Positions 26,347-40,809 of a stretch of DNA of 64,000 nucleotides are shown here, piece by piece. The position numbers and the translations under genes are program-made. The DNA lies in contig NMRA01000423.1 in assembly GCA_002633005.1 (NCBI GenBank), forward strand, positions 60,676 through 124,675, given 5' to 3'. Source of the DNA: Phoronis australis (taxonomy: Eukaryota; Animalia; Phoronida). Under the pieces are notes generated by a model that was not told the DNA's origin, ran no database searches, and saw only the letters and a program-made list of their open reading frames with translations. Position 1 is the first letter of the stretch. Each line of letters begins with the position of its first letter.

Positions 26347-26751
26347 GAGCCTGTCAATAAGTTCCCTAGATTTCATTTGGGAAATCTGTTCCTTAAAAAT
26401 ATTGAAAAACTCCGCCACTGGCAGGGGCAGATTGAAAACTGGCATGCACCACCCTATTGTGATGCCGTAAACCCTTACGCCAATTTCCATCAAAACAGGA
26501 CCAGCTGCCCGTTCCAAGAAATTGACTTAAGTTCATTCTTGTCTTAAATCTAAGGTTTGTCTCAACTTGCAAACTTTGAAACTTCCACATTTGGACAGTT
26601 AGTCATAATTAAGACAAAACTTAAGTCATAAACTTAAGTCAAAATTAAGATCTCTTTTTGAAAGGAATTAGAGACTAATTCTTAAGCCAAACATAAAATT
26701 GAATGTAATTTAAGATTTGTCTTAGCTAAGTCTTTTTTCTTGTAATGGCCC
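26347..26751. mobile_element. Possible PIF/Harbinger-type MITE
   Basis: Degenerate termini gagcctgtcaataag / cttgtaatggccc flanked by CTG/CAG; internal cttaag-rich repeats. Confidence 0.4.
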
Positions 26752-27368
26752 CAGTTTTTGTTTTGAAATATTGCGCATAACAACTGTGCTACATGACAAT
26801 CAGACAAAAGGGCCACTATTGGGGTGCTGCAGCAGCCCAAATTGACCGACAATAAACTGTTGCCGGCTCAATGTCATCAGAATCTAGATATCACTTCCAA
26901 ACGCACTTCTACCCAGAAGTATTGAAACAGCTCCTGGTCGAGACCAAAACGGAAGTGGCTAAACATGCACAAAAACTGTTGCCGAGCGAATTGGTTCTTG
27001 ATGTACATCCGAAAATAATTTTCCCAAAAATACAGCTGAGAAAGCCACTAGTCTAGAACATAACGATCACAAGGGTGTGCAGTAGTAGCCGCAATAGCCT
27101 GAAAATAGATGGTTACCAGCACAATGCCATGTCGTCACGGCCCTCTTATGTCAAGGTTTATTGAAATCCGTAATTTGGTTCCCAAGATAATTTCCGGAAA
27201 CTCTCTCCCCCGGAGACACGTTTAAAAGTTAACTTGTCGCGATAAGTTGTTTAGGAACAATGAATTTATATTCAGTGGCAACTAAGCCTAAACAACTTGA
27301 ATTGCTCACAATTTTGATCATTCTATATCTGTGTACTGATTTCTACTCTTTACAGATGTGTAGTCTAC

Positions 27369-27536
27369 CTGGACATGCGCTACTATTGCATGATTGGGTT
27401 CTCGAACTACTTCCTGAACAGCGACCGCCACCTCTCGGTCTAGGATTGGTACACGTCCTTGTCGCAGTCTGTGACCCACCTCCACAGCTTACAGCACAAG
27501 GCCCCCATCTGCTCCAGGTTGACCAGCCACCATCCA
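27369..27536 (-). CDS. First (non-array) TSR exon, 168 nt, phase 1-1
   Basis: tttttacag|TG GAT GGT ... TGT CCA G|gtagac; encodes [56 protein letters not shown]. Confidence 0.92.
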
Positions 27537-30500
27537 CTGTAAAAAGTAAAGTGAACAGTGATGAATAGAAATTAATTGCTTTAAGCTGTACATTTTTGTG
27601 AACATTCATTTATTACATTGTAACTTACCAAATATTTTAGATTCAGTGTAGAAACACGGAAATTTAAGTTAATTAGGCGACGGAAATAATGGGATACTTT
27701 CACCAAGCCAATGGAGGCTGATCACGTGGGATAGGTCATCTGTATCTTCACCTGGCCATATCAGGAGGCATTTCTTCGCAGTTGGCTGCCCAGGGGAATA
27801 TGTTTTGACCTCAGACCCATTTAGAGATTATGTGAGTGAACGTGCTGCGTTTTCAACGAAAGTGGTATTGGCACCTCATCTCTTAGAGCCCGAACCGGTC
27901 CCACGTGATCAGTCGCCATGTTGTTACTTAAAAATCTTCTATGTCATCCTATCACGCTGAAGAAGAAAATCCAATCACAGACGCGGGTGTTGTTTAAGCA
28001 ACCGTAGTTTGACTCAAAATATAGAACCACATTTGACGCGATTGTTGATGTTCTCTTTCCCTTGGTGTCCAGTTTCTGCATTTTAAGGTCATCTCAAACC
28101 TTATCTAATGACCTTCATTCTAACTCATCGAACCACGCTATGTCAACTAGTGAAAGTATATATTTTCTGAAGGAAAAATGTCAGAAATTATGAAAAAATG
28201 TTTATATTGATGTGACACTATTATTTTTAATACATTACCAACGTTTAAAACACTTTTTTAAGAAAGGTACATTAATAGCACAATAACCTCGTGGTCAATT
28301 TCAATGATCCCCTTTAAAAGAAAACAGTTCACCTCAAAGACGCTGAGAGATATTTTTACTCATTTATTTTTTTATTTTTTCTTCTATGTCAAATGAAGTT
28401 ATTTTGTAAAAAAATAAGAATCATATTCGTCTACCTTAGAGTACTAGGCGTTTAAAAGGAAAGTCCTAACAGCGTTTTTGAAATTGATGAATAAATTAAA
28501 TTAAAATTCTAATTTGTATCACTTAAATTCACCGAGCCGTTTTCGAGAACTCGTGTTCAATTTTTAAATTGAACTTAAAAGTTGATTTGACGAAGCCGAT
28601 GAAAAGTGGAAAATGTCGAGACTCTTCAAAATCTAATGTTTTTCGCTCAACTATTCAGTGAAAACTTGTTTTTGGACAATATAACCTACATGTACACATG
28701 CCATAACCATGCTCGCTATTTCAACATTCACTCGCAATGACAACTGAATGTGCACAGTGATTTGTTAACATCATTTTCTCTCAAACGTTTTAATTTTGCA
28801 CGCCGCGTATCTGTGAGTCGAGTCAAACCAGCTCAAAGGCATGATCAGCAGTAACAGAGAGCAATGTGCGTCCCCAGCCATGGTTGGAAATGTTGGGTTT
28901 TCAAAATTGAGATTGGTCGTTGAGGGTTCCCAGCACGATCAATAATTCAATTGGCGCAGAATTTGGGAGTTAATACAAAGATGGAGAGGACTTTATTATC
29001 CGAAGTAGCAAACGAAGCAGATACAGCATTCGGAAGGATATGGCTAAAATAACAGTACACAGTAGCAATCGCAGCAACACCTGCCGCAATTCAAAGACAG
29101 ATCACCTCTGTCAGTCCGCTGGATAGAGGGAGTTCTGCGAAGGACCGAAACTTTTGACAACAACATGAGCTCTGCTGATGATAGTAGCAAGAGCTTATCG
29201 ACACCTACGTTTGTTAGTAAATAAGTGGCGCCTGCGTTGGGCATCTCATAAGAACATAATGGAGTTGCGAATACGTTGAATGACCTGATTTTACTGATAA
29301 AGCTTAATTTCACAAAACAATTTAATTGACAAATGGACATTTCATTTGGCAGAACATCAGATTATTTTCCAATGCATTTTTCGGTACCAAGCTTTTCCAT
29401 TGTGATGAAAGAAAACCATTCCCAAAGCTTCCAATCATGAATGTATTATATAAAATGCATCGTTCACATAAACTCCATCTCCCGGCCCGCTCCACTACAG
29501 ACGTTCATTGTGCCCGATTCGGCACCGCCTTGGTCCCAGATAGTGCACCAGCCCTCTATTTAGATTCAAGGTGTTCTATATCTTTTCTCGTGGGCCGTTT
29601 CTTCGCAGACGCGGAGGGAGGGTGGCCAGGTTCGTACTGGCCTTCGTGACGTCAGTCCGACGGCCCAACGGCCTGGGTGACGTCGGCTTAATTTCACTCC
29701 CTCCGCTTCCGGCGCGTATATACTTCTTCGGGCCTGTCGCCGTCAAAATTAATGATGTCATTAAAAAACATTTTTTTCCCTAAGTAAACTTAATTATTCA
29801 CCGATAATGGAAAAACTGAAGCTAAAATTGAGGTGGGCTCTTTTGGGTCGGCTTTAAGTGCCATTGCGTCACCTATTGTCTAATTTCTCCTATTCTTAAA
29901 TCAGTTGTTCTTCTCTTCCACGAGGTTGCGTACATGTCATAACAATCGAAACTGGTTTCATTTCGTTACAGGTTTTAAGCATTTTATTACAAGTACATCA
30001 GATTTCAGAACAAATTTTGCTGCTACAATAGCGAATGTGCAAATCTCAATGCGCATGCCCCAAAAAAGTTCCCCTGTGTTGCATTCTGGGATGGTTTGTA
30101 TGCCTAGCAGCAGCGTGAGAGTTTCTATACAGAAGTGATTATTATATTTAGCTGCCGTTTTCAATTTTTAAGACTAGAAAAAAAATGTGATACATTACAG
30201 CGTCCTGTCGTTCAGTAACTTTTCCAGGCGTGAGGGATGCTGAACGTGCGATAACATCTGGCACTTTTGTTAACTGCCCAGCTCAGTCTTTTTTCCCGTA
30301 TGATAACAAGCAGGCCAATTATCTCCAAGGCTTCAAAGGAAACGTATGGTGGTTGCACGCTATTACCGAACACAATCAAACCCAATGTGGCGTTGGTAAT
30401 GCGTTTAGACGGAATAGATTTTCTTAAGTTCTGTTGTAGTTGGGCGATTTTCGTGATTCAAAAACGGAACATAATCAGCATTTGACGAGGAATTCAGAAA

Positions 30501-33500
30501 TGCTATTGGTTTAAGCCCAAATGTGCTATAACTTAACTTTCATTTTTATTAGCCCAGCCCAGTCAGGCTATATACGATCTGATCTGAGATTAGAGCAATT
30601 ATCGAACAAAAGAGAGCAGGCACTCCAATCATAAATGCCAGAATGAAGTTAATCAGTCGTGTATGTAAGATATTGGCTACGGGGGAAAACTTCCCAACTT
30701 GTTGTTGGGCTATAGAATCGAACAAGTTGGGAGCAACGAGATGTCGCCGTCATGACAAATTTTCAGTATCTCATTGATATTATAACTTTAAAAATTTGTA
30801 CAATACAAGACATGTGCTTATCGTTTACCTGGCCGCGGTCTTCAATCTCCATACTCAGACTCAAATCATACTCAGACTCACACTTCATACTCACCGCACT
30901 TCATTGCCGCCAATTTTTAAAGTCCTTCTTACTACGATTTCTGGCAAATGGCGAATGCTAATCCCATGTTGACGAGTCATTACAAGGGTCAAAAGCTGCT
31001 GTGGGGCGGGGATTGCTGTTATTGAAGTGCGTGTGCAACGGTTTGTACGGTTTCCTAAGGAAGTTAGTGAAAACAATTTGGTAATTGTTTACAATATGAC
31101 GACATTGACGTACACACATGATTTTGATATCTTTCGAATCCTTGCAACGTTTTCTTTCCAGAAATAAACTGAAATTTCCCCTACCCCGTTTCCTAAGTAC
31201 TTTATCGTGAAATTTCTGCTCGCACTATTTCCCGGTACTTGGTAGTAATACCGCCATATTGAATGGAGAGAGTGAACCGACGGTCAAAAACTGAACTACT
31301 CTACCGACTTCTGCAGATCGTCGCTTTCCATAAGGTTAAAATGACGGAGACCCGTCTGTCCCCTGCCCGGGTTACGGTCCCAAGGGTTCAGATTCGATCT
31401 TATGGTGACTGTGATACACATCTGCTAGCAAGAATCCACGAAAAAAGCAGAGGTTGTTTTTGAGGTCCAAATTGGGGAAAATGTATCACTTCAGACAATT
31501 TCGTGAAAAAATGGTCAAATGGTCATAATTCTAAAAAAATGAAAAAGATGAAACGCTGCTAATTGTTCCTCCAGGAAAACTTTAGCGGGAATCTCGTGCG
31601 GGCAAACACCATTCAGAATCGATGATGCTGTTTCATTCATTAACAACCGGTGTTGCTGTAATCTTGAGTTGAGTTCAACAGTACACACCATGGGTTTTGT
31701 ACATTTCGAATTACCGGTGGCCACAGACTAAATGTATGACGTAAAATTTAGCCAAATCCATGATTATTTTGTGTAATTAGCTCGAAATTTTGATTTCTCT
31801 TTCAATTTTGCCAATTTTCACATTTCCCGCCATGTGACATCATGGGTTGAACACAAGAGATCAGCGACTAGCACTGAACAACGGCGGAAAGTAGGAAATT
31901 TGAAAGCGACAACGATTATGAGCAAGAAATGAACAAATACTATAAAGAAACGTATGAGAATGGTGGCCAGGATGACGAAATGGGGTTGCACGAAAGCGAG
32001 AACGAGTTTAATATGTTTTCAGCTGCGTACTTTTCTACTTTGAGTTACACGAACTGGATCCTCCCGCGAGAGAAGCGGCCTCGGGCTCGGCCAGTCAACC
32101 CAGTCATCCAACAGACGATCCTAAATAAAGAGCCGATGTTTCTGAATTGTAAATATTGTCCTTTATTGAACCAGGCCTTCATCGTAACATCTCCTCTGAT
32201 TGGAGTCGAAACACGACTCCTCAAAGTGGGCAGAACACAGAGTGGCCCCGAACAGATTCGCTTGGTCCACGCTGAGGTCCCACACTCTCGTTCGGCGCAC
32301 GAAGCGATTCCACTACTGCGCAACTTTGGCGTTCTCCGTCTGACTGCTGTTGCTGCAGCCTCCCCAAACACATCTTTTCATCCCTCTAAGAACCTTCTTG
32401 ACGCTAAATATACTTTACTTTCACTTCACTCTATACACTTAGTTTCTGATCCAAACAGTGTGCCGAACTACTTGGGTTCAACCCATGACGTTGTACATGT
32501 ACATAATTATTATTTTGTTCAATTTTTACGTGTTTCTATATGAGCTGTGCACTAAAGGCACTGAAATCAAGTAAGATATAATAACAAAATTTATTTTGAG
32601 GTACTAGAGTCATGTTGCGTACACTTTAACGTGGCGGTGTCAACCGGGAAATAGTGCGAACCGAAATTCGACGATAAAATACGGAGGAAACTTGGTAGGG
32701 GGTAGATTCATTTGTTTATATAAAGATGACGTTGCGAGGAATTGAACGATACCAAGATCATGTGTGTAGGTCAATGTCGTCATATTGTAAACAATTACCA
32801 ACAATTTGCTTCCCTGTCAGATTTCACATAATAGTTTGGTCATCGACAATTCCTCAATCCCCGAGTGATATTCCACATTTTTGCCGATTCATAAGAAGAC
32901 GTCTCGTCCCCTTCGCTGATGAACTCTGAATGCCTGCCTATAGTGTACATGTACTAGCCTACATATCGTGTTTTTAACTCACGCGCCAAATGTCGGCTAA
33001 CTTGATACATCACGGAAAAATGCAAAGATAGAGTATCAAAGTTTTGACATCAACGTAGGCCTAAACGGCAATGGGTTCTATACAAGAGAGAACAGGGGTT
33101 GACCAGTAACCAAACAACTGCGGCCCAAATGTCGACTCGGAGTTTCGGGCTAGTGACGTGGACAACCGGTTTATTAGAAAAGAAAACCACCGCTGGCAAT
33201 TGAGGTACACACTTTTGAAATTCGACCCCCCCCCCGTCAAAGAAAATGTGCAATTTGAACTCTCCCTTAAAAGTGTTGGTTGCATGCTTGTGTTATGGAA
33301 CCGACTCCCGTACCGGGGTCACCGGCCCACCCGACTGCGTTAATGAAAAAGATAATTTCAATATGTGGTCAATCTTTGGAGTGACCATGCCAATTTTAGG
33401 AGTAATGAGTCCAGTGTAGGCCGGGGAGAATGTTCCCTGACTCCATCTAATCAGACACTGAGATTTTGGCTGCTCCACTCCGGCCGACTGACTTTCTTTG

Positions 33501-34329
33501 ATAAGCTGTTTTCCGGCGGGAGATACGGAACTCAAGAAGTAAAGCTTAATAATTGACAAATGTATCAAGAAATGGTAGGTCAGTTACAGAACACTCAGCT
33601 TTCCACGTTATACTCCTGTAACTGTAGCGAGAGCTGACGATAACATAGTTGCTAGGGTAGTCGATGCGAATATAGGGAGCGTTGAATCAGCGCGACTTTT
33701 CGTGGCGGTTTTGCATTTCACATCATAACTTAGCAACTCGAGTACGATTCTAAGATTGAGTACGCGTTTAGTCTACTCGAAATATGACATTAAATACGCT
33801 TTTTTCGAGTAGGTCTACAACTCGAGTGAGCACGATTTTGAGTACGAAATCTCGAGTGTGAGTATGAGCCTGACGGAGATTGCAGACCGGGCCCCGGAGT
33901 CACAGTAGGGTGCGGCAACGTTGACTTTATTCATTTCCAAAACATTTCTATAATAAAATACAGTTGCATGCTTCCTGCACTAGATATTCGTTTAATATTA
34001 ATTTTTGGATGAGAATTCAAATAAAATAACTTTATTTACCCCTTCTGTGCTATATATTCGTTACAACAACACCCGGCAACACTGTACACAATCGGTTGTC
34101 AAGCGATAGAGGCATACATGTCCCATAATGCAACTGCGGCGGCAAATTCAAGGTGGCGTATTTGCACATTCGCTATTGAAAGCTTTCATACTTTTTAGTA
34201 GCAGCGACGGGCGCGTGTCAGGAACGTACTGTAAAACAACGTCAGCAGTCAGCCCAGAAATTTTTGGTGTATTTAAACTAGAGGCATCCTAACTTGAAAT
34301 TCATTATAGAATTAGAGGTTGACAACATT

Positions 34330-35040
34330 TTGCCATTTCTGTGTGTTAGTGGAGCGTGAGGGTACCTCAGTGGTAACATCGGTATTTCGCAAGAAGACCT
34401 ACACAGGACTGCACATTTGTTTTATAACTTCACATCCTTTGCTTATCAAGTAGGTCTCATTAAAATTCTAATAGCCAGGGTATATCGCATTAACAACATT
34501 TGGGCTGGATTTGATTCTAACATTAAAGAATTTGCAACGAATTTGCAAAAGAATGGCTATCCCCTAGAATTAGTCAATAGGATACTGAAAGCAAGACTCC
34601 AGCGTAGCCCTGATGATATTCATCCTGTTGACAAAACTAACTACAAGTACTTTAAAGTATCCTATGTTGGGATTTACGCCAACATTGCTCAAAGAAAACT
34701 CAACAAATTGGTGAATGATTACTGTGTTAACTTAAGAGTTGTATTAACATTCAAGTCTCTAAAAATGTCGAATTTATTTAACACTAAAGACAAAAGTCCA
34801 TTGGGTCTACAGTCCAGGTACATGTAGGCTATACACATATATCTAGGCTGGATGGGGCTCCAGTTCTAAAGGCGACACTGTTCGCCATTTGAAAACCAGG
34901 ACCAGGGAACATCTAAATTCTGATAGATGTTTGCATGTAAATATTCATCTACAGAGCTCCAATCATTGTTATCAGCAATGCTCTTTCAATGATTTTGCTA
35001 TAATAGACTAAGAAGAAACAACAGAGGAGCTTAAGAGCAT
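34330..35040 (+). mobile_element. Degenerate Penelope-like element fragment (RT C-terminus, linker, GIY-YIG endonuclease)
   Basis: TSVFRKKTYTGL, LQKNGYPLELV, KVSYVG, LFNTKDK, then GDTVRHLKTRTREH; contains stops and frameshifts. Confidence 0.85.
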
Positions 35041-35239
35041 GTTCGCGAATGGACCAGGCATCGGGTGATAAACGCTATGTCACAGATTCTCTTTATATTT
35101 TGTCTGTGAGATGACACTGGCCCCACTGACTCCAGACCACCTTTATTTTTTTCAAAACGCCCCCTTTTGGTTTCCATGGATACTATTTGTTTCCAACAAG
35201 TTTTCAGCCTGGCGGCAGTTAAGTTTTAGTAAAGTTTGA

Positions 35240-35790
35240 TCTACACTGTAAGTGCTAATGGACTGGCTCAAATAGGAGACTCCTATGTTAGTTGTTCAAA
35301 GTACAGGTGATCTCGCTTACATGTACCTCCTCATCCCATACGGTACACGTAACTCCCCAGTCTGTACACCTGTATATACAATGTTGGACCACTTTAAAGT
35401 AAAAAGTGACATTTAATGCGACTAGAATCTGGTTTAACACTCATTGCCTGGTTAATTTATACAAACTATCATGGAAAACAAGAGATGTCTAAATGTGTTA
35501 AAAGATCTAAATACCAGTGAATTGGCTCAAACATGACACTCCTGATGTTAACAATTCAGAATACAGGTGACCTCAGCACCTCCCTTAACTCATCATCACA
35601 TACCGTGCAAATAACTCTCATTCTGCAAAAACAATGTTGGAATAGATTAAAGTCAAAATGATGTTTAATGTGACTGTAATCTGGTTTAACACTGGTCATC
35701 CAGTTAAGTGGTACAAAGTAGCATGGAAAACCGAGATATGTAAACGTTTTCTTTGATCTAAATGTCAGTGAATTGGTTTAAGTATGCCTA
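35240..35790. repeat. Diverged direct repeat, ~250-260 bp unit, 2 copies
   Basis: tacaggtga..acaatgttgg..aatctggtttaacact..catggaaaac..gatctaaat..cagtgaattgg occurs twice (~35302-35525 and ~35562-35776). Confidence 0.75.
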
Positions 35791-38700
35791 AGTCACTACC
35801 TTTCCTTAAGCTTGTACATAAGTTAACACTCAGATAAGGCTTCTCTTTTTAGTTAAGAGAGATTGAGTGTAATATGAGTTTGAAAGAAGAAAACTGAAAT
35901 ACCAGCATCTTTAAATAAATTGGACAGCAAAGTTTCAACCAGAACACTGACTAAACACCCTAAATTCTACTGACAAAATCACAGTAAGTGTTGCTATATT
36001 GCATTTTGCATTTATCTCAGTTTCTACAACATCACATCAATAACAACTGGTTAAATCACTCAGACAACCCAACAGATTGTATAATGTTCGAACAAAGATG
36101 AAATCCGGAGTATTACTGGACATCACTGACTGTCAAGTTCATTATCTCCCTCGTTTGACCATTTTCCAGTGCTATTCAAGGCAGCCATGCGTGAAAAGAA
36201 ACCTTTATCCTGTTGTAGTGTCAGCCAGCCTTCCTCCTGAAACTGCTCATTCGTCTTCATCACCTGTGCAGTTTTTGCGGGATCTCCTTTGTTGCTCTAC
36301 TTTCTGAAAAATGACAGGCAGGTTGTAACACTCTCGAATTATACACTTATTGCAGAACTTTGCAGAGCCCAGCCACTACACAGGTGTGACTGCTGCTGAG
36401 TGATCAAATGATTTTAGCTGAGATAATTCATTTGACCCATGGAGTGTAATATGTAAAACGACCATAAGTACAACAAGAAAAAACAGTGTGGGCACTTGAT
36501 TTATTTTTGCCAGTTTGATTGGATTCCTTTGGACATCAAGTGAATATCATATCCAGACAACAAATGTCAACATAGTGGTACTCACAAAACATAATGACAC
36601 GCTATGATTTCCAGAATTACACAATTCACTGACAGCTGAAGTGAAAAGAAATTCCGGCATGCAGGTTTTCAGTTAAAATAGGAATTTATAATGCTATAAC
36701 TACAGCATTCATCAATATATGTATAGAAAAAATACTTCCTGTAGTGAACTAAAAAGAAGACACATAACAACAATATCGGTTGTTGAAAAGTGAAAGTCAA
36801 TGAGATATTGCATTTTCCGCTTGCAACAAGTACAGGCCACTAGATGCACATAATCTCAGACTAAACTTACAACTAACACAAGACGCTACTAGTAAGTGGA
36901 CTGAATAGCTCTAGGTTAGCCTAGACTCCAACAACGGCGACAGGGCAGGTATATCACTGATTTGCCCTTTATAGGAACACAAGACTGTTAATCAATTGTT
37001 TACAGTGATGCAGGCATAGGACTACTAAATTTCACCAGTGTGTACAATAAAAAGCTCTGTCTATACTACATGTTCAAAAACAAGTACTGTTGTTACATTT
37101 TTGTGGTACATGCATGGTCACACAGTTTGTGATCTTCCTGAAAGGAGGACCAGTAACTTGCATTGCAGGGTACTGTATTAGAATAACATCTGTTGTTTCT
37201 AGCGGTGCTAACTGGTTCTCGAATCATGTATCCACAAAACTGATCGTGATAAAACCTCAAATTCAAACAAAGCAGTAGTAGTACTCACCATATCCAGCAG
37301 GAAAGAACACTAATGCATTGACATTGTTGAGTTCCTGTGAAAGTAAGTTGACTTTAGACATTTCAACCAGCATCCCCACTTCAGGCTTGGCACGCGAGCT
37401 ACCACTAATGAAATGGGTGTTTGCAGAGTCTACATGGTTTCCACAGAATTCCAAGATCAGCCCGGTGTCTTGCCCTTGCCTTGGACGCAGTCACACAGGC
37501 GTGTCACGGGTCCGGTGAACACCCATTTGTAAATTGTCCGACTCTCGCCAAAATCAGTTGCCGCACAGTCTGTAGGTGCGGTGGTTTGCTACTCACTTTA
37601 TGCCGCATCAAGATTTCACACATGTGCAGAAGACATTCTTTTGAGGTTCCATACACTTCATCACACTCCTTCATACTAGCAGATAACACAGCAAGTCAGG
37701 ATCAACCATTTTGCCACCACTAAAGTGACACCTGTTGTTGGACACTGGGTTCACGAAAAACGCGGAATTTTTATTAAAAAGGAAAAATACCTTAAACAAT
37801 TGCGCCTGACTTAATGACACTTAACTAAATATTAAAAAAATCTTTTGAATCAAAACTATGCACTTTACTGGTGTTGTAATGTCCCAAACAGGTATCGGTA
37901 TTGAAAGTAATTTCTACTCAGGTGGTTGTCGCAATCTTGCAATTTGTATAGAAAAATGCTCAGCGCCAGAAAATTTTATTGTATTAATCAACAGCAATAA
38001 GATAGAAACGTCTTGTGTAAAAGTCTGGTGTTGATCAGTGTTGTGCCAGCTGAGATATACGGGCTCAAAGTGTGGCGAAATTGAAATGCCTTGTTAACCT
38101 CTGACCCCTCTATAATTTATGCCTGAAATTTTTAACTTAGCGGCCGAGTTAATGAGTATTGTTTAACATCTTTGTAAAGCCGAAGACTTGCTTTATTTAA
38201 AAATACAAACAAATAATGATCTCGTGCGCCGACATTTTTTATTGTGCAGTGCAAATAAGGCATTTTCGGCGAGTTCATTGCATGGCATGCCCCCAAAATA
38301 GAGGCTCCCTGATTTCTCCCCCTTAAACAAGGTAAAATGAGATTGGACTTTACTGTTTTGTTTATCATCCCAAAGGTAACTAAAATGCATAGTATGGTTC
38401 AAATCGGTGACATTGGGTTTATCACCCCTCTGGGCATTTTTGCCTGCTGTGAGCCGTACTTCACTCTTAAGATTCCTGAGGCTTTACAGATCAGATGGTG
38501 CAACCCCAATCTCAATAAGCAACTGGCACACGTCCACAGGTTGTCATTGTTGGTCTAGTTTATTGTCACTCCCTGTAACTGACTGTGTCTGTGTTTCATC
38601 ACTTGTTGCTGGGCCCAGCTTAGTGGCCACTATATTCTCTCTTTCTTCTGATGATGGTTTTTAAATAAATGACACCGAAACATGTCAAGCCGTTTTAAAA

Positions 38701-38980
38701 CCGTTGTTTCTTTTATTAATACAATTGTATTCACGTTTACATTAAAACAATGGCGTATTTTACCAATTCCACTCATCTTTTTCCTTGACTGCGAACATCA
38801 CTCCCATTAGATAAACGTTATTTTTAAAACAGTAAGGTATAAAAGAACTTTAAGACAAATTGACCTACAACCAATTATTTATGAATGATTTGGAGTCGAC
38901 CAATTCTTATTGAGGTTTACCTAAAATAACCTTTTGCCAATAATTTGTTATCATTTTTTCTAAGAAAGCGCTTTGAGTAC

Positions 38981-39128
38981 CTCGTTTCAAGATGTACTTG
39001 AGTCGCCAACCTTGACGTGTCACTGAGTAATCCGTGTGGAATCGGAATTTGACAAAATTTGTGTTTGACTCCATGCGACTTGGAACACTCGTCCCCGTGT
39101 AACGTCCAGTCACACCGCCACCAATAAA
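38981..39128 (-). CDS. CUB domain exon 2 (C-terminal half), phase 0-1
   Basis: ctctttcag|TTT ATT GGT...; encodes FIGGGVTGRYTGTSVPSRMESNTNFVKFRFHTDYSVTRQGWRLKYILKR with the CUB FxTDxSVxxxG(W/F) motif. Donor CGAG|gtactc (an alternative phase-1 donor lies at ~38920). Confidence 0.88.
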
Positions 39129-40809
39129 CTGAAAGAGGAATAATAGAGCATTAGAACAACTTGCCGCAGATTTAGCACTTCGTTGGTAACTTAGATGACT
39201 ATTTGTTGAAAAGAATGTGTTTTACATGTCAAAGATTTATTTCTTCAATTATTTTAAACTTTTAACAAAAATGCGCGAAACTGTATGTTTTTAAAGTCTT
39301 TGATCATTTCATAATTTTATTATGTATCCGAAAACAATGATTTGGTATTGGTAATCACACGATTACGTTTTCTCTCAAAAATCGTGCTTTTGTTTCACGG
39401 AAATCGACGTATATCCTACGAGCATGATTTGATCTCACGAAACTAACGAAGTCTTTTTCTTTATTCTATTAATTAAGCATTCTTGTCTGGGAGTTTCTTT
39501 TAATGTCTTTTAGAATGTTGACGTCTTCGTTTTTGTTTTCGGATTAAAAGGCTAGACACGCTTTTGCGACTAATGGAATAAAGAAACAAAAATGTCAGGC
39601 GCGTAAAAAACCTACATGTAACAACTTACCATAGAGGTACAAAAGAATACAATTGTACCTCACTATTTAAATGCTATGGAATTTTTCGATAGTACAGTTT
39701 CATTTGAAAGACAACCAAAATTTCTAAAATTCTCAGAAAAATAGTTACGACCATTTAACCAAGTCGCCTAACACAGCAACCGAAAAGAAGCGAGCAAAAA
39801 GAACACAGTGATGGCCAAAAAGGTTGCAGTAACAGCATTCCACTTTACAGGATACTAATTTCCATTCATCATCTCACAAGACAAAGACTTATGATCTTGA
39901 TATGATTTCAAGACAGTACAAAGACAATGAGATACATCTTGATTAAAATGTTAAAATGCTTAATAGTTTAATAGAAAAACTGAAAGGCTCCATGTTCTTA
40001 TATTACAACTATTGCTTGTTTGCAAAATTTTCGAGGAAGTCGACATATTGACGGATGACATAGGCCTACTTGCAAGAAAATAAACACGAGAACTTGACCA
40101 AAATTTCACCACTACGGTATTGGCCTAGCATTACTTCTTAGACCATTTGGAAGCGATACCAGGGCTTCCCTAGAAGTGACTGTTCGTGATTACTTATGTG
40201 ACAAACTTCTACAATTCGGCTTGTCGCAGCGTGTCTTTTTATGCGCAAGCCTTGTCAGGTCCATCGCGGGCCGTTCGGGGAAAATGTTGGCCGTAATTAC
40301 GCTGGTAATTACTACCGAGACTCACTCGTGTTTTACGACGGCAATCGTTATATCCACTGAGAAATTGATTTATAGGTCACGTGATCTCTTAAGAAGAGTA
40401 CGCTCGTAATCTTACATTCGTAATTATACGCTCTTAAGGATATCCCAAACCTTATTCACAAAATTGGCCATTTTTACAATATTACATATACGTCTAGCAA
40501 AATACCTTATCTTCATTCTCCGGGAAATTCAAATACAAAATATATACCGTATACCTAGAAAAAAAGATTTAGCAGAACCACCCTGAAACCGCACAACCGC
40601 GTAGACATTTGCTTACTACTTATCCCAAGTCAAAGGTTACAGGCCTGTCACTCAAATCGAATATTCTGCCAGGTACAGAGCAGCTTCGTATGTACCTTCA
40701 GTCCTGTCAGTCACCGTGTGGCTATAATATTAAGTCAATGAGGTGTAGAACGGTGCCAGGAAAACAAAGACAAAAGGCTCGGATGAGGGAATAATTGTAA
40801 ACTCGATTA

